Assembly: GCA_002269645.1 (NCBI GenBank)
Contig: NIVC01000810.1
Span: forward strand, 1 to 64,000
Direction: 5' to 3'
Source of the DNA: Macrostomum lignano
Lineage: Eukaryota
DNA length: 64,000 nucleotides
Below the pieces are notes generated by a model. It was not told the origin of the DNA. It worked only from the letters and a program-made list of their open reading frames with translations, and ran no database searches. How positions within the stretch are numbered: the first letter of the stretch is position 1; the number at the start of each line of letters is the position of its first letter. Both the position numbers and the translations under genes were made by a program. Positions 24,071 through 38,232 of the stretch are shown in pieces.

Positions 24071-26494
24071 CCTTGGTCAAGAGGTGGGGTGGGTGTTTTA
24101 AAGTGCTTAATCGCTTCAGTTGATAAACTGATATGGCAATATCAATCCCTCTTAATGTGAAACCAAGAATTAGTGCTTGGTCTGTAATTGACTCTATCAT
24201 GATTTGGAAGTTATCTGATTGATCCTAAAGCAACACACTCTACTCTACTCTCTAGTAGTAGTAGGCTCCGGCTTCTCGAAAGTTAGTTTTTTATTTGGCG
24301 TTTATTTTGCATATAATACAATGAAATAGAGAAAATTTTGCTATTGAAAACTCTTGCATTTCAATTGTTGCTTTATTCTCCTTGTGTTTTCTTGCTTAAT
24401 TTCTTTAACTTTAGTCAGTCGTGCATTACGGTTAGGTATAGGCCACCTGTTCTTACCTACCAATCAATCTTGGCCGAATGGGCAAATGCGGAGGGACAGC
24501 GCGCTTGTTGATTATTTATGGTCTGTTAACTGGGGTTTAGACTGGATGACTAATATGCAGCCAGGGACTTTTCGGATTTATCTAGAGTCTGGAATGGAAT
24601 AAAGGCAAAAACTGGCCAGATATTGACTTTAGTGATCCTTGGCGTCAGTAACTAATGAAGATGAAAAACTCCTGTTAGTGGTTAGGCCTTAGTGCAACTT
24701 GTTACACGGAGCGGCAGAGACGGAAATTCGAGTGAAATAGATTCGATACTTTTTTCTCTTTGGAAATTTCGCTTTCATGTTTTATTTTAACTAGCTGCCG
24801 GAGCCGTAGGTTCTGCATTAACAACAGGGAATTCAAGCCATTTTAACTCTACATAATAGCAGCAGGGTGTCCATAGTCGCCCGGTAATACCGGCTGAAGT
24901 TGCCGACGCTGTCAGGATGATGACTGATTGCTTGGGAGGCATGTTGAGGAGGCAGTCACCTGGTGCCACCTGTTGAAGGTCCAGGAACGCTGTTATTTAA
25001 TTTCCGGGTCTTTAGGTATTTTGGAATAACTTTCGATAGTTTAATTAGCACATTAATTAGCACAGTTATTGTGTCGTTCTCAAAGCCATCTCAATAGATC
25101 TGTGTGCGCTGTGATGTTACGTAACTTGGGTTGCTTAATTTTGTTTGGCTAGCTAGTAGTATATAGTATATATAGCATTGCTATGCTCTAGCCGCTAATC
25201 CCTGCTATTTGTCCTTCTGCAATTGCTTTACATGAGACTCGCGGCGGCGGCGGTTCCCCGTATCAGTTTTTATCTCTTATCTCCCATATCTGAAGGCAGG
25301 CCGCTGCAGGCCCTGATGCATATTTAATTGCGGCTCGGACCAGGCAATCTGGCGAGATCAGGAAAGGATCGCCACCGATCTGCGCTTCCCATTCTGTCCT
25401 GACAAAAAATATGCATATGCCCGTTGTGTGTTTTGCGCTTGGTGTCCCGCCATCTGCTCATGTCTGCGTATGGCAATTTTAATTGAGAATCAGGCATACA
25501 TGTTGCTGTGCGTGATTCTAATGACCTCGGGTGACCCCTCATTACATTTTTATCCATCGTATATAAGGGACGCTTCATCTTTGAAGCTGAAGCGGTGTTC
25601 TTTTTTGCAACTTTTATAACACCCAATATAGGCTGCGCAATCCTAACAAGGTGTGGAATTTTTCCAATAACTGATCGCCATTCCACACGCCCGGCCAATA
25701 TGCGCAGTTAAGAGTTTCGCCCTTCTCCTCTCTCACCTCGGGAGGATTCGGCAAGCCGCTCCTTCATCGCGTAATTCGATGAACTTTCTCTAATCTAAAG
25801 GGTAATACACGGGTGTGGGTGAATTGCTTTCAACGCCAAGCTGCAGAACCGACATCAGCTTAAGGTGTCTGTCTACCTGTGGGCTACTAGGCAATGGTCA
25901 GGGCCAAGCAGTGCAACCCTAACCCCAACGGCCCGATGCAAAAGAACATTGATTCTTTCCGCGGTGAAATCTCTCTGCTTACATCTCCCTCTCTCTCTCC
26001 TGCTCGCGTGCAGCCCTCAATCTTTCGGGGGATAATTGAAGCGAGAGCCCCGCCATGACCACGAAAATTGGGGAGCGGAGTAGGAAAAGTGGGAAAAGAA
26101 TCCCAACCACCCCCCCCTGCCGGGTTGCCGATGATGCCAGAGCGTGGAAATTATCAGACTTCTAAATTGTAATCCGTTTTATCTTCTGGAAGAGCGGAAG
26201 AAAGTTTCTGCCATTTTATTTCTGCCTTTCGGCTGCGTGAATATCAAAGATGAGAGGCGCAGCGGCCCAGCTTCACCTTTCCACCGAGATTCGTCGGCAG
26301 GATCCGTTGATTCAAGGAGGGACTTTAAGGGCTGCTCGTTAAGAAGGGGCAAATGTCTTAGTAAGGTCTGTGATTGTTTCCATTTGCATATTGCATGTAA
26401 CTTTATTTAGCCAATAAGCTAATTTAAAGCTAAGGGAAAAGTGTACCTGAATGTAGAAATTTCAAGAATGCTTATAAAGCGTGACATGCACTTA

Positions 26495-26758
26495 AACACC
26501 TGCGCGCTTGTTGATAACCATGCTTAAACACCTGCGTGCTTGTTCACAATCATGCTTAAACACCTGCGTGCTTGTTCACAATCATGCTTAAACACCTGCA
26601 TGCTTGTTCACAATCATGCTTAAACACTTGCGTGCTTGTTGACAATCATGCTTAAACACTTGCGTGCTTGTTGACAATCATGCTTAAACACCTGTGTGCT
26701 TGTTCACAATCATGCTAACACACCTGCGTGCTTGTTCACAATCATGTTTATCACCTGC
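26495..26758. repeat. 32-nt minisatellite (CATGCTTAAACACCTGCGTGCTTGTTCACAAT)
   Basis: About 8 copies. Confidence 0.9.
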
Positions 26759-27225
26759 GCTTCCTAGCTTCGTGCTTCACTGAAAGATATTGAAGGCTCC
26801 GCATTCTGTGAATAAAATTTGATTCTTCAGTCTCAAAATCGTTTTTTACATGGAGTTTTCGGCCGTTCTCATTTCCGTATCAAATAAAAAACGATAATAG
26901 AAGCGTGTGCCTGGATTGGCGCACTTATCCCGCTTGGCTTACGAGTAGGATGGGGTGCTCCCGAATGTCTGGGGAATTTGCATTCATTACAAAAATACCA
27001 GAAAAAACTAATATGGCTTGTGGGGGAGGTTAAAAACTCAGTGCAGGCCCATCGCCTCTCAGCCGGAGGCTGGCAGGAGGCAGCCAAGCAGCTTAACAGC
27101 AATAATTTTGGTCGGCTGCAGGCTGGTTCTGTGCAGGGCCGTGTGGGGAGCTGGGTGGAGAAGAGCGGGACTGCGTTTCTTATGCATCACCGCTTGGGTT
27201 GCGCGACTGCAGCTGTTGCTGCGAC

Positions 27226-27242
27226 TGACTGACTAACTAACC

Positions 27243-27282
<40 letters not shown>

Positions 27283-27291
27283 GACTGACTG

Positions 27292-27328
<37 letters not shown>

Positions 27329-27329
27329 T

Positions 27330-27374
<45 letters not shown>

Positions 27375-27375
27375 T

Positions 27376-27411
<36 letters not shown>

Positions 27412-27421
27412 GCTAACTAAA

Positions 27422-27467
<46 letters not shown>

Positions 27468-27477
27468 GCTAACTAAA

Positions 27478-27526
<49 letters not shown>

Positions 27527-27532
27527 GACTAC

Positions 27533-27568
<36 letters not shown>

Positions 27569-27569
27569 T

Positions 27570-27615
<46 letters not shown>

Positions 27616-27616
27616 G

Positions 27617-27658
<42 letters not shown>

Positions 27659-27659
27659 G

Positions 27660-27707
<48 letters not shown>

Positions 27708-27792
27708 GCTAACTAACTAACTAACTAACTAACTAACTTACTGACTAACTGACTAACTAACTAACTAAATAACTAACTAACTAGCTAACTAG

Positions 27793-27823
<31 letters not shown>

Positions 27824-27824
27824 G

Positions 27825-27866
<42 letters not shown>

Positions 27867-27952
27867 TACTGACTAACTGACTAACTAACTAACTAAATAA
27901 CTAACTAACTAACTAGCTAACTAGCTAACTAACTAACTAACTAACTAACTAG

Positions 27953-27990
<38 letters not shown>

Positions 27991-27995
27991 TACTG

Positions 27996-28059
<64 letters not shown>

Positions 28060-28080
28060 GCTAGCTAACTGACTAACTAG

Positions 28081-28119
<39 letters not shown>

Positions 28120-28120
28120 G

Positions 28121-28170
<50 letters not shown>

Positions 28171-28171
28171 G

Positions 28172-28243
<72 letters not shown>

Positions 28244-28244
28244 G

Positions 28245-28275
<31 letters not shown>

Positions 28276-28276
28276 G

Positions 28277-28330
<54 letters not shown>

Positions 28331-28416
28331 TACTGACTAACTGACTAACTAACTAACTAAATAACTAACTAACTAACTAGCTAACTAGCTAACTAACTAA
28401 CTAACTAACTAACTAG

Positions 28417-28447
<31 letters not shown>

Positions 28448-28460
28448 GCTAACTAACTAG

Positions 28461-28514
<54 letters not shown>

Positions 28515-28519
28515 TACTG

Positions 28520-28551
<32 letters not shown>

Positions 28552-28617
28552 GCTAACTGACTAACTAGCTAACTAACTAACTAACTAACTAACTAACTGA
28601 GTGAGTGACTGACTGAC
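27226..28617. repeat. (CTAA)n microsatellite, ~1.4 kb
   Basis: Direct reading; variants CTAG, CTGA, CTTA, ATAA. Confidence 0.98.
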
Positions 28618-29715
28618 TAAAATTTTTCGAATAGCCAGCCGCTTCAATTTAGATTCACCTGACCTGACCCGATGACCTCTGCTGCACTGAAGCTGGGAAT
28701 TCAAACTCCGTATCGGGTTGACCATCTGGCGCCCTTTGAAGTTTGAGAACATTTTTGGGAAGCATTCAAAGTCCATCTTCATCCCTGGATGGACGGTACT
28801 GAAAGAGATGAAGCAAGGAGGTTGGAGATCCCGACAAGGGAGTACCGAAAATTCTCTGTATATTCCCTAAATCCGACTAATTCTTTCTCCCCCTCTCCCT
28901 CGCGGCCAGTCCCAAGGACCTGCTGGCGAGCCCTCCTCAGTCGCTGCGTACGGGAACGCGAGAGAGTTGCCGGTCCAGCCGTAAGCGAGGAGGGTTGCGG
29001 GGAGGGGGTGAATGGACAGACAGCCGATGAGTCATAAGCCACACACAACTTGCGCGGGCGAGAGGAGTGAATAAGCGCAGCAGGGGGATATTATTGGCGA
29101 GAGGAAAGGATTCCCCCCCCTGCCTTGCTGTAGAGACAAGAGCCTCGGATCCGCTTTGATACGAAGAGATTCCCCTCCTTCTGCCCTCCCCCCCCTCAAA
29201 AGCAGAGTTGCTGTTCCTCGACCCTGCAAATTCTATCGCAATTTGGAGGGGGAGCGCCAAGTCCAGGCAAGCCTTGGCTTCCAGAATCTTTGCTCCGGCA
29301 AGTGGCAAGGACTGGCCCGGTTCTCGCAAGACGTAACCGCTGTCGGAGGCAATTAAGGCCAATTAAAAAAAAATTCTACTGTGAAGCATTCCAGGTAAGG
29401 CCGGTTATTTCTCTGATTTCAAATCCGAGCTGTTGCAGAATGTGTTTGGGGTGCAACATTTCAGACCTATCAACATTCAGGCCTTCTCATTCGCAGGCTC
29501 TCTCTCTCTCTTTCCAGAGGCTACAAGAAGAAAACTGCAGACAGACGGCGGAGACAAGACGAGAGTGAAAGAGGGACTGCAGTCTGCGTCAGATCCAGCA
29601 ACTGGGCCACATGCCTCTCAGCCGAAACAAGGCAGAGTTTTAGCTGTATGTTTGCGCTGGAACTGGCCCAAGCTCACAGCAACCACAGCTAAAGCTTCAA
29701 CAGTCGAATTAAGCC

Positions 29716-30338
29716 ATGCTGGAACGACTCAGGCAGTTCCGCGACCGGGACAAAACTCGGGACAGCAGCGGCAGCCGCTGCAGCACCGCCGGTGCCAAGG
29801 AGAAGGCGTCGGCAGCCAAGACTGTCGAGGCCAAGCAACCTCAGACCGTCAGCTCCTGCGGCGAGAGTCGAGCTCAAGCCGCCGAGACAAAAACTTCAAC
29901 AGCGTCGACTGTAAAAACGGTGACAGACGCTGGCGGCTACCAGCTGTCCGAGCAGCTGCGGCAGCGAATCCAGCGTCGTGTTCAGTTCTCGCCAGGTTGC
30001 GCAGGCGACAGCGGCTCGGCCGGCAGCACCGATGATCGGTACTCGCAGCTGCTGAGCAAGCTGGAGCGGCGCCAGCGGCTAGCGGCCACGTCCGGTCAGC
30101 ATCAGCAGCGACGCTACGATGGAGGCAGCGACGGCGCCGGCAGTCCGTACTCGCGGCTGCGACTGCTCGGCGGTCAGGGCTGGTGCGGCGGGCCGTCGGA
30201 CTCCGCGGACGAAGCGACTCGAAACGGCGGCAGCAGAGGCGATCGGCACCGCGGAGGTTACGCGTCAGACGGTTACAGCAGCGAGTCTGGGGTGTACTAT
30301 GGTGTGCTGCCCAGCTTGGCCAAGTCCTCGCTGTTGCA

Positions 30339-30379
<41 letters not shown>

Positions 30380-33300
30380 CGTTGCCATCGAGGTAAATTT
30401 TTATTTTTCGAGGTGTAAGTGATACTGGAGGCAGCTGGAGACACTACAGATACTGTAGTCAGTGAAAGTAACTAGATAGTTGTCAAGGTAAGCTTATAGG
30501 TGTCGGGAAAGGTACGAGCGTATTCAAGCATCAGAGGAAGTTTAATAGTGTCAGGGTATGGTTAATGAATGTCAGGAAAGGATGGTGGGTGTCAGGAAAG
30601 GATGGTGGGCGTCAGGAAAGGTTTACCGGTGTCAGGAAAGGATGACCGGTGTCAGTAAAGGATAACCGATGTCAGGAAAGGATTGTGGGCGTCAGGAAAG
30701 GATAACCGGTGTCAGGAAAGGAGGACCGGTGTCAGGAAAGGAGGACCGGTGTCAAGAAACAATTACGGGTATAGGAAAAGATATCTGGATATCAGTTGAT
30801 GTTGGATGTGCCAGAAACGGTGGTTAGGTGTCAGGGGAGTCAGCTGGGTGTCAGAGGAGTCAGCTGGGTGTCAGAGGAGTCAGCTGGGTGTCAGAGGAGT
30901 CAGCTGGGTGTCAGGGGAGTCAGCTGGGTGTCAGAGGAGTCAGCTGGGTGTCAGAGGAGTCAGCTGGGTGTCAGGGGAGTCAGCTGGGTGTCAGGGGAGT
31001 CAGCTGGGTGTCAGAGGAGTCAGCTGGGTGTCAGAGGAGTCAGCTGGGTGTCAGGGGAGTCAGCTGGGTGTCAGAGGAGTCAGCTGGGTGTCAGGGGAGT
31101 CAGCTGGGTGTCAGAGGAGTCAGCCGGGTGTCAGCTGGGTGTCAGGGGAGTCAGCTGGGTGTTAGGGTTGGCATCGGTAGTCCATTGTGGGAACCTGCCG
31201 ACATTTCGAAAATTCTTTTTTTCCCAGGCGCTCCACCAGCTCGAATCAGTCTCAGAGCCGCGGCCAGCAGCAGCAGCAGCAGCAGCAGGCCAGGCGCTGC
31301 CACAGGTGCTACGGATCGGCCGACGAGTGCGACGAAGAATCTTCAGCAGTAGCAGCCGCCGCCGCAGCCGCCGCAGCCGCGGAAGCCGCCGCGGAAGCTT
31401 CGCAGTGCCGCCTACGCGCCACGGGAGCCCCGCTGTGCCTATCGGACGTCGAGACCTGCGGCAGTCCGGCCGGCGGCAGCTTGCTGAGGCAGCGTCGCCA
31501 GCTGGGGCTGGGCCGGCAGCAGCAGCGCCGTTCGGATTCAGCGGCCGGCTCCTACTCTGACAACGAGTCGGCGGCCGGACCGATGCTTTACTCCGGTCAG
31601 CAGCAGCAGAGACGGCGAGGTCTGGAAGGCGTCCAGCTGCCGTACCCGGGCGGCTGCTCCGCCGGCCGCTTCGCCTCGCTGGACCGCGCCGGCCTCGGCT
31701 CCGCCTCGCTGCTCTCGTCGCCAACGTCGTCTTCATCGCCGTCGGCCGCCGAGCGTCGGGGCCGAGAGATTCGCCAGCTTCGCCGGGAGCTCGCCGAGGC
31801 CCGGCAGCGCGCCAGCAGTTTGTCGGCGGCGCTGAACGCCAACGCCAGCGCCGTGTCGGCATTTGAGCGCCGGCTGGGCGGCGCGTCAGCCCGTCTGCTC
31901 GAGCTGACGTCCAGCGCGAGGCGCGGCGACGCGGAGATTAACCAGCTGCGCGCCGCTATTGCGCAGATGCGCGCTGGAGTCGACGGTAGCGCCGGCGGCA
32001 GCCCAGAGGTCGTCAATCTGCTGGACTGGCCGGTCGGCGTCCCCGTCAGCGGCAGCGGCAACGATAGCGCGGCGTCGCTCTTGCTTACCGTCGTCGTGGA
32101 CGTCGACACTCCGACTCCGATTGGCCGGCTGCGCGTCGGCGCCGCTGCCGCCTGGCCGGATGTCGCCGCCGGCGCGCGTCGGCTGCTGCGCGAATTCGCC
32201 GTCCGCGTCGACCCTCCGGGCGGCCTCGGGCTCGGCGCCGACTCTGTGGCCGCCTGCCTCCTTGTCGGCTTCAAGGACTCTGGCGTCAGCGTCGATTCGT
32301 TGACTTCAACAGCGACGACGCCCTACCAGCAGCTGGCGGCCTTCGCCTCCGACGATGGCGGCAGCCGCGTCAGCCGCTGCCAGCTGCGCCTGGTCCTGCG
32401 CGACTTCGACAGCGAAGGCAGCGGCGGCGGCGGCGGCTCTTCTCTTGACGCTCTCGCATTCGCGACGCTGGTGCCCAAAGCGGTGCTGCAGCGGTACATC
32501 TGCCTGCTGGCCGAGCACCGTCGGCTAGTGCTGTGCGGCCCGACTGGCACTGGTGAGTCGCTTAAGCCGCTTCAGGAGGAACCTGCAAGAGGAACTTTAA
32601 TGGGAGGGGGGTGGAACCTGAAGGAGGGGGAGCCTGAAAGAAGCGGAACCTGAAGGAGGGAAACCTGAAGGAGGGAGAACCTGATGGAGGGGGAACCTGA
32701 AGGAAGGGGGACCTGAAGAAGGGAGAACCTGAAGGAGGGGGAACCTGGAGGGGAACCTGAAGGAGGGGGAACCTCGAGGGGAACCTGAAGGTGGAACCTC
32801 TAAGAGGGGGAACCTGAAGGAGGTGGAACCTGAAGGAAGGGGGACCTGAAGGAAGCGGAACCTGATGGAGGGGGAACCTGATGGAGGGGGAACCTGATGG
32901 AGGGGGAACCTGAAGGAGGGGGAACCTGAAGAAGGGAGAACCTGAAGGAGGGGGAACATGGAGGGGAACCTGAAGAAGGGGGAACCTGAAGGAGGGGGAA
33001 CCTGGAGGGGAACCTGAAGAAGGGGGAACCTGAAGGAGGGGGAACCTGGAGGGGAACCTGAAGGAGGGGGAACCTCTAGGGGAACCTGAAGGTGGAACCT
33101 CTAGGAGGGGGAATCTGAAGGAGGTGGAACCTAAAGGAGGGGGAACCTGAAGGAGGGGGAACCTGAAGGAGGGGGAACCCAAAGGGATGTACAGTCCAGG
33201 AAACGCTGTAGATACGATGGCAAAGATCCGGATTTTCAGAAAGTAGGTGTCGGAAATTTAGTATCTGAATGGTTTCTACGCTTCATTGGCCACTGCACTG

Positions 33301-36300
33301 TTGAGTACTAACCGCGTCCAAATCAGCTTAACCTTGCAAATTGCCATTTTTGTATCGTTTGACTGCACGATCAAAAACTGCCACTTTAAATTAAAGTCCT
33401 TGGGCAGAAATTCAACAGTACATGTGGTACTTCCTCTGCAATACGACTCGTAATGTTTTCCATGAATTTCTAGGAAACACGCGAATTTCTATTTCCAGGA
33501 ATCGACTGCACCGAGCCGGCTTGCGGACACGCAAACAAACCGGCGTCCTAAGGGGATGAAGGGAGGAATTATAGGGATATTTTTGGGCTCGACTGAAATC
33601 CCTGGTGCCCAGGCTGACCCAACACTAAATGAGGAATCTGAGTGCAATAATTCTCCCCTATTTAGATCGGGCTCCGGGGCGAGGTGATAAGATTGGAAGT
33701 GGATGAAAAACTTGAGGGCTGGAGGCTGCTGGGTTGTGGGCCTCTGTTGGAGAGCCTTCATCGATTTCCAAAGATGAAATAAGCGATTTCTCTAAGGTGA
33801 CACCAGCAGGCCTGGGGCCAAGGCACCTGGCTCAGAGAATGGGGAGCCAATGCTGCTGCTGAGTTCAGAGCCATCTCATTAATTTTGATTTATTGCGTCT
33901 GCTGCTGCTACGAGTATGCTGCGATTTTCAAATGAGATTTTGCTGCTCCTATGGACTCAATGCTTTTTGGGTTCACTAATTACTTTGCTGCAGTGTCTGT
34001 CTTTACTATCCACTCATCTCCTCTCTCCCCTCTCATCTCTTCTCCCCTCTCATCTCCTCTCTTCCTTCTCATCTCCTCTCTTCCCACTCATCTCCTCTCT
34101 CCCCTCTCATCTCCTCTCCCCTCTCATCTCCTCTCTTCCTTCTCATCTCCTCTCTTCCCACTCATCTTCTCTCTCCCCTCTCATCTCCTCTCCTCTCTCA
34201 TCTCCTCTCTTCCCACTCATCTCCTCTCTCCCCTCTCATCTCCCCTCTCTCCTCTCATCTCCTCTCTTCCTTCTCATCTCCTCTCTCCCCACTCATCTCC
34301 TCTCTTCCCACTCATCTCCTCTCTCCCCTCTCATCTCCCTCTCTCCTCTCATCTCCTCTCTTCCTTCTCATCTCCTCTCTCCCCACTCATCTCCTCTCTC
34401 CCCTCTCATCTCCTCTCCCCTCTCATCTCCCCTCTCTCCTCTCATCTCCTCTCTTCCTTCTCATCTCCTCTCTCCCCACTCATCTCCTCTCTCCCCTCTC
34501 ATCTCCTCTCCTCTCTCATCTCCTCTCCCCTCTCATCTCCTCTCTTCCTTCTCATCTCCTCTCTTCCCACTCATCTCCTCTCTCCCCTCTCATCTCCTCT
34601 CCTCTCGCATCTCCTCTCCCCTCTCATCTCCTCTTTTCCCACTCATCTCCTCTCTCCCCTCTCATCCTCTCTCCCCTCTCATCCCCTCTCCCCTCCCATC
34701 CCCTCTCTTCCCTCTCATCCCCTCTCTCCCGTCTCATCTCCTCTCTCCCCTCTTTTTCCCTCACATCTCCCTTCCCATCTCCTCTTTTCTCTCTGCTCTC
34801 TCCCGCCTCTCATATCCTCTCTTTTTCTCTCATCTCTCCTCTCTCCTTGCCTGTTCTCTCTTTTAAACCCCATTTTTATCTCCGCATACAAATATTGTCG
34901 TATTTTCCTCAAGTTTTAGTGAACTTTATTTACACTCTACTACAAGTAAAAAGACTCGAGCATTCAAACTGATAAAAAATCCCATCCAATCGGGCAGGCA
35001 AGACTTTCTTGGCCCGGCGGCTCGCCCGTCACATGGCGCGCTTGGAACGACGCCGCTCAGACGACGACGAGGAGGCCGACGTCTCCGGCGCTGTGGCCGA
35101 ATTCTCCGGAGAATTGCGTCGCAGCGAACAGGAGCTGCGGGCCTTCCTGGCCGAGGCCGTGGCGCAGTCAGTCGCGGAACCGGACCCGAAGCGGCCGTCT
35201 CGCGGAGTCCAGGTTCTGCTGCTGGACAGCCTGCAGCACCTGGGGCCTCTGGCCGAAGCTCGAAGCGGATTGGCTGCCAGCCGGTTGTACATCATCTGCA
35301 CCGTGCGGAGGGGGCTGCGGCAGCTGCAGGCGCTGGACGATGGCGGCATCGGCGGTGAAGTGTGAGCTGGGCTGCCAGGGGTGCTGGGGATATCGGGATG
35401 TGTGCCGAGTGCTGTGTGCTGTGTACTGTGTGCTGTGTACTGTGTGCTGTGTACTGGGTGCTGTGTACTGTGTGCTGTGTACTGTGTGCTGTGTACTGTG
35501 TACCGAGTGCTGTGTGCTGTGTACTGTGTGCCGAGTGCTGTGTGCTGCGTACTGTGTGCTGTGTACCGTGTGCTGTGTACTGTTTGCTGTGTACTGTGTG
35601 CTGTATGCTGTGTACTGTGTACTGTGTACTGTGTGCTGTATGCTGTGTACTGTGTACTGTGTGCTGTGTACTGTGTGCTGTATGCTGTATGCTGTGTACT
35701 GTTGTGTACTGCGTACTCTGTATAAACGCCATAGAATTCCTGTGCTCAAGTCTCTCTCCCTACTCAAAATCACCCCAACAGTGGATTTCGTTGGCTGCTG
35801 TGCGCCAACCATCTGGAGCCAGTGCGAGGCCTGCTCGGTCGTCACCTTCGCCGACAACGCCTGGTGGCCGAAGCTTCCCAGCCGCCGTCCAAACAGACCG
35901 CCGAGCCGCCGCGGCGGCACCAACTTGACGACTGGCTGCCCGGGGCCTGGCAGCGGGTGAACTCCTTCCTGGAGGCCCGGGGCGGCGGCCCGGACGCCAC
36001 GGTCGGACCGGGGCCGCTGCTCCGCTGCCCGCTGGACCCGGCGGCGTCACGTGACTGGTTTGTCAGCCTGTGGAACCACTCGCTGGCGCCAAGGTGAGAC
36101 TTCAATGCTGAGCTAGTCAAGTAGTAAGAGAATATAGACGAAACCAGTCGAACCATAGACAAAACCAGTCCAGCCATAGACAAAACCAGTCCAGCCATAG
36201 ACAAAACCAGTCCAACCATAGACAAAACCAGTCCAACCATAGACAAATCGAGTCCATCCATAGACAAAACCAGTCCAACCATGGACAAATCGAGTCTATC

Positions 36301-37208
36301 CATAGACAAAACCAGTCCAACCATAGACAAACGCAGTCCAAAGCATAGACAAAACCAGTCCAACCATAGACAAACGCAGTCCAAAGCATAGACAAAACCA
36401 GTCCAACCATAGACAAATCAAGTCCAACCATAGACAAAACCAGTCCAAACATAGACAAATCGAGTCCATCCATAGACAAAACCAGTCCAACCATAGACAA
36501 ATCGAGTCCAACCATAGACAAAACCAGTCCAAACATAGACAAATCGAGTCCATCCATGTACAAAACCAGTCCAACCATAGACAAAACCAGTCCAAACCAT
36601 CGACAAATCGAGTCCAACCATAGACAAAACCAGTCCAACCATAGACAAATCGAGTCCAACCATATACAAAACCAGTCCAAACCATAGACAAAACCAGTCC
36701 AAACCATAGACAAAACCAGTCCAACCATAGACAAAACCAGTCCAACCATAGACAAAACCAGTCCAACCATAGACAAAACCAGTCCATCCATAGACAAAAC
36801 CAGTCCAACCATAGACAAAACCAGTCCATCCATAGACAAAACCAGTCCAACCATAGACAAATCGAGTCCAGCCATAGACAAACCAATCCAACCATAGACA
36901 AATCGAGTCCAGCCATAGACAAACCAGTCCAACCATAGACAAATCGAGTCCAGCCATATACAAAACCACCGAATTGTGCCCGCAGGCTGCTAGCAGCATC
37001 CTCGATGACCCAGTCCTCCGCCGAAGACTGGGAGGACCCAGCAGACTGGGTGATGTCCACCTGGCCATGGCCTGAGCTGCCACCAGGCGATGGAGAGCTG
37101 GTGAGACTGCGGTCTCAAACGGCAGCTCCGGACCCGCTGATGACCATGCTGATGAAGCTGAGGGAGGCTGCATCTGCTTCTGGCAGAGGCGAGGAAGACA
37201 ATGTTTAA
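29716..37208 (+). CDS. NAV: Neuron navigator / unc-53 / sickie-like AAA+ protein; exons 29716-30392, 31228-32552, 34998-35361, 35782-36093, 36986-37208
   Basis: Coiled coil IRQLRRELAEARQRASSLSAALNANASAV, Walker A LCGPTGTG|KT split by an intron, LLLDSLQH, FRWLLCANHLEPVRGLLGRHLRR, WFVSLWNHSL, WEDPADWVMSTWPW, DPLMTMLMKLREAA; phase-consistent GT-AG junctions. The start codon is uncertain; a possible 5' UTR intron lies at 29395-29517. Confidence 0.88.
30343..30378 (+). repeat. (CAG)12 polyglutamine tract in the NAV-like exon
   Basis: 12 uninterrupted CAG codons. Confidence 0.9.
30571..31160. repeat. Two adjacent 20-nt minisatellites (GTCAGGAAAGGATGACCGGT; GTCAGAGGAGTCAGCTGGGT) in a NAV intron
   Basis: Arrays at ~30571-30760 and ~30827-31160. 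Confidence 0.9.
32570..33180. repeat. Purine-rich ~17-nt minisatellite (GGAACCTGAAGGAGGGG)
   Basis: Degenerate tandem copies right after the donor at 32553. Confidence 0.9.
34015..34860. repeat. Pyrimidine-rich degenerate (CTCATCTCCTCTCTCCC)-type repeat
   Basis: Direct reading. Confidence 0.9.
35401..35720. repeat. 7/14-nt repeat (GTACTGTGTGCTGT) in a NAV intron
   Basis: Direct reading. Confidence 0.9.
36139..36968. repeat. 21-nt minisatellite (CATAGACAAAACCAGTCCAAC) filling the last NAV intron
   Basis: About 39 copies. Confidence 0.95.
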
Positions 37209-37709
37209 CTAAATGCAATCAAGTCGCAATCAAGTGCTTCGAAGAATAAACTGGTTTATATATTACAATTGCTACTCATAGAAGAACTTCAAGTAGTTTT
37301 GTACAGACCGCTTGTCTATCGATTTTTGTCAACCGGCCAATCAGTCATATTGCTATTTTAATTTTTGCGCTTCTAATTTTAACATTTAATTCGTTTTTTG
37401 AATGCTCGACTAGGTTACTTTCGAGTAGCGAGATGGGAGAATTATTCATTTAAACTCAATTTTTCATTAATCCGTAGCTCCATGTAAAAACCGTCAGCCA
37501 TCGTTTTTAAAAGTTTCTTTTAGAGTTGAAATTCAATCATCTGAAATATTCGCTGATTTTTTCAACATTTCTGTCGGCTTTAAAGCTGATCGTTAATACA
37601 TAGTACAGATATTAGACCGCGGAATATTTGTGTAGGGAATGGCAGTTTAAACTATTTGCACTCATTTTTTGCCTCCAGTATACATTCAGCTACGCATAGA
37701 AGAGAGAGG

Positions 37710-38232
37710 ATTTCGTCTCCAATGTACATTCAGCTAGAGGAGGAAGAATTTCGTCGCCAATGTACATCCAGCTACAGGAGAGAGAATTTCGTCGCCAATG
37801 TACATCCAGCTAGATAAGAGAGAATTTCGTCGCCAATGTACATCCAGTTAGAGGAGAGAGAATTTCGTCGCCAATGTACATCCAGTTAGAGGAGAGAGAA
37901 TTTCGTCGCCAATGTACATCCAGCTAGATGAGAGAGAATTTCGTCGCCAATGTACATCCAGCTAGATGAGAGAGAATTTCGTCGCCAATGTACATCCAGC
38001 TAGATGAGAGAGAATTTCGTCGCCAATGTACATCCAGCTAGATGAGAGAGAATTTCGTCGCCAATGTACATCCAGTTAGAGGAGAGAGAATTTCGTCGCC
38101 AATGTACATCCAGTTAGAGGAGAGAGAATTTCGTCGCCAATGTACATCCAGCTAGATGAGAGAGAATTTCGTCGCCAATGTACATCCAGCTAGATGAGAG
38201 TGAATTTCGTCGCCAATTTACATTCAGCAACG
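37710..38232. repeat. 38-nt minisatellite (GAGAGAGAATTTCGTCGCCAATGTACATCCAGCTAGAT) between the convergent NAV and TARP genes
   Basis: About 13 copies. Confidence 0.95.

Noticed and set aside
37710-38232. CRISPR-like appearance of the 38-nt, 44-nt (23483-24070) and 32-nt (53862-54740) arrays
   Set aside because: Units are head-to-tail with no unique spacers, no cas genes are present, and the DNA is eukaryotic.
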